DNA of 64,000 nucleotides from a virus (taxonomy: Duplodnaviria > Caudoviricetes). Below, piece after piece: positions 20,298 through 28,684 of the stretch. The position numbers and the translations under genes were made by a program. The DNA lies in IMG/VR virus record IMGVR_UViG_3300013383_000024, positions 1 to 64,000 of that record. One strand, written 5' to 3'. The notes under the pieces were generated by a model. That model made no database searches. It was given only the letters and a program-made list of their open reading frames with translations, and was not told where the DNA came from. The first letter of the stretch is position 1; each line of letters begins with the position of its first letter.

Positions 20298-20861
20298 ATG
20301 GCAAAAACAGCACCCAAGTCCTCAGCCTCAAAAGAGGCTACTTCGACCCCAAAAATCGCTGCCAAAGCAGAAGACATCACGCCTCCTGCCGCTACACACC
20401 AAGAGCCGATGGTTGCTAAGGAAATCGACCTACATCAAATTATATCCGTTCGCAACGGTTTCCAGGGCACATTGATTTATAAAGACAAACGTACTGGAGC
20501 CGACTATCGCTGGGAAGACTTTGGCGATGTGCAGGACATCGAGCTCGGGGAGCTTCGAAGCGCCAGGGGTTCTGCAAAAAAGTTTTTTGAGAACAACTGG
20601 TTCCTGTTCGATGAAGACTGGGTTCCTGAGTATCTTGGCATGGGTAAGTATTACAGGCACGCTCTGAACAGTGAAGATTTCGATGATATATTCACTAAAT
20701 CTCCGGAAGAGCTTGAGGCGGCGCTTGCCGAGCTAACAGACGGCCAGCGCAAATCGGTTGGATATCGTGCAAGGCAGCTTATTGCTTCTGGCGAAATTGA
20801 TTCTCGTAAGACCGTCAGCACTTTGGAGCGTTGCTTAGGTGTTGAGTTAGTTGAGAAATAA
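20298..20861 (+). CDS. Hypothetical head-module protein (YonA-like position)
   Basis: ORF with RBS; synteny. Confidence 0.6.
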   Translation: MAKTAPKSSASKEATSTPKIAAKAEDITPPAATHQEPMVAKEIDLHQIISVRNGFQGTLIYKDKRTGADYRWEDFGDVQDIELGELRSARGSAKKFFENNWFLFDEDWVPEYLGMGKYYRHALNSEDFDDIFTKSPEELEAALAELTDGQRKSVGYRARQLIASGEIDSRKTVSTLERCLGVELVEK

Positions 20862-20875
20862 GGAGCGTGATCATT

Positions 20876-21325
20876 ATGAGCGTTTCTTACGACGTTTTTA
20901 CTGATGCATTCCTTGATAAAATCAAGGAGTACGACCTCTTAGAGCTCAAAGATTATGACCGAGCCGCGACTGTGGATGGATATATGCGTCGTGCGATTTC
21001 TCAATTCCGTAGCGTGTGCAAATATGACCTTTCTTTTACGGGAGACGAGGCTACCCGAGAGTTCAATATAAATATACCGACCGGAGACCTTGTTGAGATT
21101 GTCGACATCGTTTCTGAGGGAATGGTTGCTCAGTGGTTAAAGCCTTACTTAAACCAGCAGGATTTTTACGAGCATAATTTGAACACGAAAGACTTCACGG
21201 GCTATTCGAGAGCTAATCTGCTGTCCAAAGCAGCAGAAGCCGCTAAGCAGGCACAGCATAGCTTTATAAAAATGATTAGGGAGTATTCATATGTACATGG
21301 GGACTTAACGGTTCTCCACTTATGA
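20876..21325 (+). CDS. Putative head-tail adaptor
   Basis: Synteny; helical protein of about 150 aa. Confidence 0.55.
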   Translation: MSVSYDVFTDAFLDKIKEYDLLELKDYDRAATVDGYMRRAISQFRSVCKYDLSFTGDEATREFNINIPTGDLVEIVDIVSEGMVAQWLKPYLNQQDFYEHNLNTKDFTGYSRANLLSKAAEAAKQAQHSFIKMIREYSYVHGDLTVLHL

Positions 21326-21639
21326 ATTCAGCTAATACTGTTTCCCCGCGCTATATACACTTCTACTTCCTTAATCTCGTTAATGCTTTTTATAAGATAC
21401 TCCCAATGGCTGAGAATAAGGAACCTACAAGAATCGGATATATGTGCAATTTAAGGCGCGAAATGCTTGGAATGCAATGTTTGATTGAAACGCTTGGACG
21501 TAACACCGGATTCCTATCGCTGCTGAACATTCTGTCGTACTTTATTAATAATCCTGATTGTGATGAGGATATCGTGCGAAGCGATGTTTTTAAAGCAATT
21601 TCAATTTGCAAGCATATTGCCGCCGAGTACAGGAGGTAG
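21322..21639 (+). CDS. Hypothetical protein
   Basis: ATGA-coupled ORF in the head-tail block. Confidence 0.6.
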   Translation: MNSANTVSPRYIHFYFLNLVNAFYKILPMAENKEPTRIGYMCNLRREMLGMQCLIETLGRNTGFLSLLNILSYFINNPDCDEDIVRSDVFKAISICKHIAAEYRR

Positions 21640-21643
21640 TGTG

Positions 21644-22411
21644 ATGAGCGTTTGGGATAGATATAGTTCTCGTGTTCAGGTGCATGGTAAGACACAAAGG
21701 GGCGCTGCCCTACGGCAAGACCGTAGATGGCTCAATTCGTATATGGCAGCCTCCCCTTCCAGCCACCGCATTGTTATAGATAACGAGGAAACCGAGGCCG
21801 TTATACTCGATTCGGATAACCTTAATATCAAAACAATTTGCATGTACCCCGGAGAACCATTAAAGAATGGCAGTTTGGTGTTATGGAACGACCAAAGCTG
21901 GCTTGTTACAGAACTCGACGCTAATAACGAGTTGTATTTTCGCGGCGTTATGCAGCAGTGTAATTACCTTCTTCGCTGGATAAATGCTGATGGCAAGATA
22001 ATTGAACGTTGGAGTATTGTCGAAGATGGAACGAAATATCTTACAGGCGATTACTCTGATAAGGATTTTGTCGTAACTCGCGGCGACTCGCGCATAAGTC
22101 TTACTCTCCCGAAAGATGAAGAGACAATACGACTTGAACGAGAAAATCGCTTTATCATAGACGACTATGATGCGACGCAACCTTTAGCTTATAAGCTGAC
22201 TAAGCCATTCAAGCTTGGCGGTACGTTTAACGGTGAGGGTGTTCTGCGCTTCGTTCTAACGGAGTGCAACACCGAAGACACCGATAATTTACAGCTGCAC
22301 ATACCCAACTACTACAAATACTTCCCCCGAAAAGAACTTGTTGATGGTGATATTTCTGAGGTTGTGCCGGTTATACCGGATCCTCCCCACGGGAAGGAGT
22401 CGTGGTTGTAA
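21644..22411 (+). CDS. Putative head-closure/stopper protein
   Basis: RBS AGGAGGT; beta-rich; synteny. Confidence 0.55.
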   Translation: MSVWDRYSSRVQVHGKTQRGAALRQDRRWLNSYMAASPSSHRIVIDNEETEAVILDSDNLNIKTICMYPGEPLKNGSLVLWNDQSWLVTELDANNELYFRGVMQQCNYLLRWINADGKIIERWSIVEDGTKYLTGDYSDKDFVVTRGDSRISLTLPKDEETIRLERENRFIIDDYDATQPLAYKLTKPFKLGGTFNGEGVLRFVLTECNTEDTDNLQLHIPNYYKYFPRKELVDGDISEVVPVIPDPPHGKESWL

Positions 22412-22914
22412 TGGCATGGTTGCAGGATTTTTATGATTACAAGAATCAGCTAATGAAAGATTTGCTGACGAATGAGGCGATAACGCGCCTCTTACAGGAT
22501 GAACGTGGGGAGCCATCTGACCCAAGGAAATTGGCATATACTCAGATATTTCCGTATGAATATGTGCCTGAGACGGTCGAGCATGGCAGGACGTATATTT
22601 GTTGCGATGTAGATATTACGCGCACATCCAACAAGACATTGTATGCCCCCACTTTGTATATATGGATTTTTACGCATAAGTCTAAATTGAGACTCCCGGA
22701 GGGTGGCGTCAGGATTGACAAGCTTGCTGCTGAGATCGTTGACACGATAAACAGGTCGTATAATTACGGCCTTGGTGAACTACAGTTTTACTCATCCAAG
22801 CGGTTTGCTCCTATTACAGACTATCAGGGCAAGGTACTTACATTCCATGCAAAAGAGTGGAATGCGCCTGGACTTAATTCTAAGCCTGTCCCTGTAAATC
22901 GCAAGGGGTATTAA
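22411..22914 (+). CDS. Putative tail terminator/completion protein
   Basis: TAATG coupling; QIFPYEYVP..RID motifs; upstream of the tail tube gene. Confidence 0.55.
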   Translation: MAWLQDFYDYKNQLMKDLLTNEAITRLLQDERGEPSDPRKLAYTQIFPYEYVPETVEHGRTYICCDVDITRTSNKTLYAPTLYIWIFTHKSKLRLPEGGVRIDKLAAEIVDTINRSYNYGLGELQFYSSKRFAPITDYQGKVLTFHAKEWNAPGLNSKPVPVNRKGY

Positions 22915-23630
22915 TGGCTACTATTAATCTTCTCTATAAAGATAACTATACTATCAATGAAGACATAGTAATATGCATACCGACAGTACGCGAGGTCTTA
23001 CAGGATGAGGATAACTACTATGGCTTGGTCTATTCGTTGACCTCTATGCCAATAGACCGGATGGTGCAGCTCGATGACTTGGGAATTGATTTTACTCAGA
23101 TTAGTGATTACGATCTCTTCCTGTTGTTTTTTTCGGCAATCCGCACTCAGGATACCCACCTGATATTCGGGGATTTGGACTTAAGCAAGTTCGCTCTAGC
23201 GGAAAGCGATGACGGCAGTTCAATTGTTTTAGTTGATGCCGAGAATGATATTGTCATCGATCGACGGGTGCAGCTTCAAATCGCTGCTACGCTGCGAAGA
23301 ATCCACCATTTAGAAAAGAACCGGCGCAGGCCAGGCAATAAGGAAGCGCAAGACTTCATGCTGCAGGTCGAACGTGAAAAAATGAAGCGCCAAAAGAAAC
23401 GAAGCTCGTTTTCAAATCTTGAGAGCTTAATCATTGCGCTAGTCAACACAGAGCAGTTCTGTTATCGGTATGACGACGTATTAGACCTCACTATTTATCA
23501 GTTCAATGAGAGCGTTAGGCAGATAGTGCATAAAGTCGAATACGACAACAGGATGCGAGGCGTATATGCCGGTACTATAAGCGCCAAAGATTTAAGCCAA
23601 GATGATTTGAACTGGCTTGTACATAAATAA
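22914..23630 (+). CDS. Hypothetical tail-module protein
   Basis: TAATG coupling; DLTIYQF motif resembling tail-chaperone C-termini. Confidence 0.55.
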   Translation: MATINLLYKDNYTINEDIVICIPTVREVLQDEDNYYGLVYSLTSMPIDRMVQLDDLGIDFTQISDYDLFLLFFSAIRTQDTHLIFGDLDLSKFALAESDDGSSIVLVDAENDIVIDRRVQLQIAATLRRIHHLEKNRRRPGNKEAQDFMLQVEREKMKRQKKRSSFSNLESLIIALVNTEQFCYRYDDVLDLTIYQFNESVRQIVHKVEYDNRMRGVYAGTISAKDLSQDDLNWLVHK

Positions 23631-23635
23631 TAAGA

Positions 23636-23668
23636 CGAAAGCTCCCTACTTGATATGGGAGCTTTTCG
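23636..23668 (+). terminator. Hairpin/terminator
   Basis: CGAAAGCTCCC...GGGAGCTTTTCG. Confidence 0.6.
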
Positions 23669-23694
23669 CGTATATGAATAAGGAGGACACCATT

Positions 23695-24474
23695 ATGGTT
23701 AATCTTGCCGATCTTACCATCACTGAGTTGGTATATATAAATGCATTCGACATCGTGACCGGCGAGTTCAAGTTTTGCTTGACCGAGCTTCAGAATGCAA
23801 AGATCGCAAACACCCAGGAGAAGACCGATATCACCGGTCGCCAGGGTCGTAAACTTAATAGTCTGAAAAAGAACAAGGCAGTTACCGTTTCCGGCACCAA
23901 CGGTGTTGTTTCTAACGGTATGCTCGCAACTCAGGTTGGCAGCGAATTCGAAGAGAAAGACGAAACGCCCGTTATGTGGCCTGAGACTGTCACTGTCACA
24001 GGGAACGCTGCAACCATTGCATACGCACCTGTTGGCGCAGTCGGCGACGAGGTGCCGTATGCGTACATTAAGGAAGGTGAAATTTATACCACCAAGCTTG
24101 AGCAGGCTGATACAGCCGCAGAGGGCAAATATGCATTTGATCCCACGACTAAGAAGCTGACCTTTAGCGGTCTTACTGACGGTACTACTGTTGCTGTGTT
24201 CTACAAGCGTGCAGTTAAGGGCAATGTGCTTACCAACTACAGCGACAAGTACTCCGGTAAGGCTGAGCTTTATATCGATGCTCTGGCGGAGGATAGCTGC
24301 GCTAAGGTTTACCGCATCCAGTTCCATGTTCCCAAAGCCGACTTCAACGGTGATTTTGACTTTGAGATGGGCGACAACCAAACCGTCCATGCATTTGAAG
24401 CCGAGGCACTCGCAGGCTCCTGCAACACTGCAGGCGAGCTGTGGGATTACACTGTGTGGGGTGAGACCGCTTAA
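23695..24474 (+). CDS. Major tail (tube) protein
   Basis: RBS AAGGAGG, high-expression codon usage, 259 aa, beta-rich; synteny. Confidence 0.7.
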   Translation: MVNLADLTITELVYINAFDIVTGEFKFCLTELQNAKIANTQEKTDITGRQGRKLNSLKKNKAVTVSGTNGVVSNGMLATQVGSEFEEKDETPVMWPETVTVTGNAATIAYAPVGAVGDEVPYAYIKEGEIYTTKLEQADTAAEGKYAFDPTTKKLTFSGLTDGTTVAVFYKRAVKGNVLTNYSDKYSGKAELYIDALAEDSCAKVYRIQFHVPKADFNGDFDFEMGDNQTVHAFEAEALAGSCNTAGELWDYTVWGETA

Positions 24475-24725
24475 TGAGTGGCTTTGCTAAATGCCGTGTG
24501 TGCGGTAAGGATTATACCCCTTGCCGTACCGCAGTACAAAACGGCGTGTTCAGGTGGCAGGCCGTTGCCTGCTCGCCTGAGTGCGGAGCAGAATATCTCC
24601 GTCGCATTGAGGAATCTCGTGCGCCCAAAAAGGTTGAGGCCAAACCTCAGCGTGGAAAGAGAGCTTCTCTCCCGATCTTTGTTGATGATTCCGAGGACAT
24701 TGCTCAGGAAGACACAGCAGAATAA
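24474..24725 (+). CDS. Small Cys-rich (Zn-binding) protein
   Basis: CRVCG..C..CSPEC; followed by hairpin 24730-24756. Confidence 0.6.
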   Translation: MSGFAKCRVCGKDYTPCRTAVQNGVFRWQAVACSPECGAEYLRRIEESRAPKKVEAKPQRGKRASLPIFVDDSEDIAQEDTAE

Positions 24726-24773
24726 TCATAGACCGCTGCGTAATGCAGCGGTCTTTCCTATGGAGCACACAAC

Positions 24774-25214
24774 ATGAATGAGCTCAAAATTACTATAGAC
24801 AAATACGCATTAGAAAGATATGAACATTATTACTTCTCGTTGCATCCACGCGCTCGGAACAAGCCAATCAAGCAGCCGAGGCACGAAAGCATCAATCAGT
24901 GGATGATACTCAAGCGCCCCGCTATGAACGCACTCAAGCAGCGATGGAAGGACTTCATCGTCTGGCTTGCAAACGACTTAGATATTGCCGGGCTGGATAT
25001 CTCCAAATGCGAGATCACACATGTCGTATACTTCTCAACCAATCAGCGGCACGATCCCGACAACACAGTGCCAAAGTTCATTCTCGACGGGCTGGTTGAA
25101 AGTGGAGTTATTGTTGACGATGACAGCAAACATATTACCAAGTTAATTCTTCAGTGCGGAGTAGATAAAGAGAATCCCCGCACCGAAATAATTATAGATA
25201 TCATAGATGAGTAA
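24774..25214 (+). CDS. rusA: RusA-like Holliday junction resolvase
   Basis: RHDPDN..K.ILDGL...G...DDD...I and PRTEI motifs. Confidence 0.75.
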   Translation: MNELKITIDKYALERYEHYYFSLHPRARNKPIKQPRHESINQWMILKRPAMNALKQRWKDFIVWLANDLDIAGLDISKCEITHVVYFSTNQRHDPDNTVPKFILDGLVESGVIVDDDSKHITKLILQCGVDKENPRTEIIIDIIDE

Positions 25215-25225
25215 AAGGAGAAATT

Positions 25226-25891
25226 ATGATGGAAGCAAAGAAAATTACAACATCACAAATAATCGAAGCTAATACGGCTGACGGCGGTAAGCGCCCCGAA
25301 CAGTACTACGTTCAGTATAAAGGCATCCCTGTCGCTGTTAAGGGCGGTCTTACTCTGCATGACATTTTGAAGATTGCTGACAATGTTGCTGACTTTTGTT
25401 TTTTGGATGACGGAGAATACCTCCCTGAACTCAAGGAATTCTTTTTTAGGCGAGAGCTGCTTGAAACGGCTACTAATATTGATCTGCCTGAGGACGTTGC
25501 GGAGTGCTACGAGTTAATTATGAACTCCGATCTCGGCAAGTGGGTTGACAACACATTTTGTGATTACCTTGAGGTTTATGCTGTCCAAATGCCGCAGCTC
25601 AGAGCGGCCATCCAAGACAAAATTGACTATATGGCCGACTCGGGTCTCGCGCTTTTGCGCAGCCGCATGGATGCCCTTATTTATGCCATAGAGAGTTTTA
25701 GCGAGCAAAATGAGAACCTGTTCAATGGGACAAGCCCTGAGGATATGCAAAAGTTTATTTCCTCCGTTGCGTCTATTGAGAAAATAGACGAAGAGAAATT
25801 GGTCAAGGCTGTTGCGGGGCAGCAGAAGAAAACCAAGCCGAAGGCGAAAAAGAAAGACGAGCCCGAGCCGAAATTCGAGGTAATCAAATGA
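25226..25891 (+). CDS. Hypothetical protein (possible tail assembly chaperone)
   Basis: Helical, acidic; upstream of the tape measure gene. Confidence 0.5.
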   Translation: MMEAKKITTSQIIEANTADGGKRPEQYYVQYKGIPVAVKGGLTLHDILKIADNVADFCFLDDGEYLPELKEFFFRRELLETATNIDLPEDVAECYELIMNSDLGKWVDNTFCDYLEVYAVQMPQLRAAIQDKIDYMADSGLALLRSRMDALIYAIESFSEQNENLFNGTSPEDMQKFISSVASIEKIDEEKLVKAVAGQQKKTKPKAKKKDEPEPKFEVIK

Positions 25892-26496
25892 TAAATGCGA
25901 GCGCTCTGCAGAGAAAGGCAGAAGCATGGAGCAGAACGCCCGAAGGCCAAAGACGCATGAAGGAAGTTATTGACCGCTATCGAAAAGAAGGTCGTACAAC
26001 GACCGCCGCCGGGTCGAGGTTAGATTCTCGCGCAATGCTTATTGAAGCTGCGGATAAGATGATGCTCATTCTTCGTAGAGCTGCTATGGAAGCGAACCTG
26101 CCCAGTTCCGTAATGAAGCATTTCGACAGCATGACATACGGAAACCCTATAGCATTGAGCGACGGAACATATATGCTTGGAATTTATTTCACCGACGACC
26201 TCCATCGTGATTCGCTTGAAAATGATTATACAAATTATGAGGGTGTAGATAACATTATAGCCCTCTTTAATAACGGCGCTCATGCAGAGGACTATGTTTA
26301 CGGCTGGTGGAATGGTCACTCTCCATCGGGTGAGGCGATTGCCCACTCTATGACCGGCACAGAAGACTATGCGTGGGTACGAAGCAAAAAAGATCGAGAG
26401 GGTCTTTATTTTATACAGCAAGCCGTAGCTGATTTCAATGGAAATTACGGCTCTCAATATAATGTCACAGCTACCGCCGGTAGCGACTATACGTGA
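25888..26496 (+). CDS. Hypothetical tail-module protein
   Basis: ATGA-coupled ORF. Confidence 0.55.
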   Translation: MINASALQRKAEAWSRTPEGQRRMKEVIDRYRKEGRTTTAAGSRLDSRAMLIEAADKMMLILRRAAMEANLPSSVMKHFDSMTYGNPIALSDGTYMLGIYFTDDLHRDSLENDYTNYEGVDNIIALFNNGAHAEDYVYGWWNGHSPSGEAIAHSMTGTEDYAWVRSKKDREGLYFIQQAVADFNGNYGSQYNVTATAGSDYT

Positions 26497-26500
26497 TTTT

Positions 26501-26529
26501 ATTAACCCCGGTCAGTGACCGGGGTTAAT
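26501..26529. terminator. Perfect 14-bp inverted repeat before the tape measure gene
   Basis: ATTAACCCCGGTCA-g-TGACCGGGGTTAAT. Confidence 0.55.
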
Positions 26530-26548
26530 TACATTCTTTGATAAATAG

Positions 26549-27778
26549 GTGGTGAGGATTTTGGCTACAGGATCTAATTCCGATATTGAACTATTAGCCG
26601 GACTACAAGGTGGAGGTTCGATAGCCGGAGCGTCCGGCAGAAGAATTCAGCACGAACTTGAAAATATAATTAATCGCATAAACAAAAATCCTGCCGGGGT
26701 CAAGATCACACTCAGCAAAAACGGTGAGACGCTACTCAAACAGGATATTGCCAAGGCTGTAGAGTCTGTTAAGATTAAAAGCTTTAATACTACTGCTGCT
26801 GTAGCTAAACTGAAAACAGATATTCAGGCAGCACTTGCTGGAGTTGCAATACCTGTTGGGGCTGTGGCTGCCGGTGCTGCTACCGGAGCAACAGCTACCG
26901 CTCAAGCACAAACCACAACAGGAACTGTAAATGCCGCAGAGATTGACGGAATCACTAAAGCCGTCAAATCGTTTAACGCTCAATTATTGATATCAAATCG
27001 GCGCATAAAAACTGTTAAGGCGACTGCGTCTGGTCTCAAAGAGGCGTTAGACGGTGCGTCGAGTTTAGCTGGAGGCAGCACATCTTCAGGAAGTCCTGCT
27101 AAGAATCCCAGCAGCACTATGGCTAGCCTCCAGCAGATTATCTCGTTGAGCAAGAAGGCAGAATCGCTGCTGAGGAATAATCCGCGCATTGTTAGCACGG
27201 GGTACGGAGATACTCTTAATTCTGTAATTGAGCAACTTAAAACGGGTTCAGTAGGCAAAGACGTTTTTAAGCAACTAAAGAACGACGTACTCCAAGTGGA
27301 AGTCGGGCTTAGAAATGCAGGATTACAGGGTAAGACATTATGGTCTGTCTTAAAGTCCGGTTATGAAAAGTTCGGTGGTTGGGCGCTCATAACGAAGTCT
27401 ATGATGGCAGCGGCAAATTCCGTGCGTCAAATGATAGATAACGTTACGCAGCTGGATGCAGCAATGACCGAATTGCGCAAGGTTACCGACGAAACAAATG
27501 CGACTTATGAGCAGTTCTTCTCGGATGCTACGGTGCGTGCGAGGAGTTTGGGCGCGACCGTTACCGATACGATCAACGCCACGGCGGATTTTGCACGTCT
27601 TGGATATAACATTGACGATGCTGCTACTCTCGCCGATACGGCAATTATATATAAGAATGTCGGCGACGGTATAACCGACATTGGTGTCGCCTCGCAAAGT
27701 ATTATATCTACATTAAAGGGTTTCAGCCTTGAAGCGGAAGATGCAACGCATGTTGTCGATGCATTTAACGAAGTGGGT
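26549..27778 (+). CDS. Tail tape measure protein, exon 1
   Basis: TP901-type core LDAAMTELRKVTD..FARLGY..DAFNEVG; start possibly TTG 26561; spliced product about 2430 aa. Confidence 0.88.
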
Positions 27779-27914
27779 AAATGTTTATGCCCAGCGGCGT
27801 AGTAATACGTCGTAAGCACATAGCTATAACGGTTAAAGGCCGGAGACGGTTCAGACCGTGGAAAGACTTAGTGTTTGTATATATAATGAATATGAATGAA
27901 AGGGTACAATATAA

Positions 27915-28109
27915 ATGAATAACAAAGATCTTTGGAATAATACAATTACCGTTCTTTTTAGAGAACCGAACGGAGAACTCATAAAAAACAAGTGTTATAC
28001 TAAAACTTTTCGGCGCTTCGCATTTGATAACTTACTCGGTGCCGCTGTCGGAGTATTAATTGGAGAACTAGCTTATGATCTCATACAATATATCGAGAAT
28101 CTGCTTTAA
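27915..28109 (+). CDS. Intron-borne 64-aa protein with hydrophobic C-terminal helix
   Basis: RBS GAAAGGG; LLGAAVGVLIGELAY segment; 42-nt 3' overlap with the antisense gene. Confidence 0.5.
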   Translation: MNNKDLWNNTITVLFREPNGELIKNKCYTKTFRRFAFDNLLGAAVGVLIGELAYDLIQYIENLL

Positions 28110-28430
28110 CAGTTCTGTGTCGCCAGGGTACGCTTGTGCTACTTTGTTTATTTCTATATCCAGCAGTCTGTAGATGATATTAATTATGCCGTTTGCAGTT
28201 AGGTTTTCTACGGTTAGATGTTCGGATAATTTACTTGTGATTTTGCAGATTATATCAGCGCTTTTCTTTGAAAGTGTTACTTTCCTGTCGGGATTCTTCT
28301 CCAGCTCCGATAATCTTTGCCGACATATACATACAAGTTCGTCAAAGGTTAGCGTATCTAGTTCTCCCAAAGTAACATGGTCGAGCTCACCCAAAGTTAG
28401 GCTATCTAAATCTCCTATCGTTAACGTCAT
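28068..28430 (-). CDS. Intron-borne antisense 120-aa protein with N-terminal TLGELD repeats
   Basis: RBS GAGGTG 6 nt before ATG 28430; MTLTIGDLDSLTLGELDHVTLGELDTLTFDEL...; own promoter. Confidence 0.8.
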   Translation of the reverse strand: MTLTIGDLDSLTLGELDHVTLGELDTLTFDELVCICRQRLSELEKNPDRKVTLSKKSADIICKITSKLSEHLTVENLTANGIINIIYRLLDIEINKVAQAYPGDTELLKQILDILYEIIS

Positions 28431-28460
28431 ATCGAGCACCTCAAGAAATAATATACACAA

Positions 28461-28489
28461 ATTGTAACACAAAATCATTATATATACAA
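28461..28489 (-). promoter_or_regulatory. sigma-A promoter of the antisense intron cargo gene
   Basis: Minus strand TTGTAT-N17-TACAAT with TGn extended -10. Confidence 0.7.
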
Positions 28490-28684
28490 ACATTATTTAT
28501 CCCGAGAGACTGTAATGCCCACCATGGTAACATGGTGGGCTTCGCTATGCCCCCATATAAATATGGGGTGAAGATCCAGTCCGAACTGCGGCTATAATCT
28601 TAAAATGAAACCGCAGAACGAGGTAGAAATGCCTCGTCGCCGCGCAAGCGGTCAGTACCGTGGCAACGGGAAAGTAACAGATTG

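Larger units (their letters stand above)
27779..28684 (+). ncRNA. Group I intron 5, in the tape measure gene, carrying non-nuclease cargo
   Basis: P1 UGGGU/GCCCA with U.G; P3 CAUAGC/GCUAUG; P7 GACUG/CAGUC (GAGAGACTG, AAGATCCAGTCC); terminal G28684; splicing restores FNEVG-NNFAISS. Confidence 0.9.

Noticed and set aside
25226-26496. Programmed tail-chaperone frameshift
   Set aside because: No convincing slippery site identified; the ORFs are joined by an ordinary ATGA overlap with an RBS
28431-28493. N-terminal extension of the antisense cargo ORF to 141 aa
   Set aside because: This segment holds the promoter and RBS; ATG 28430 is the better start
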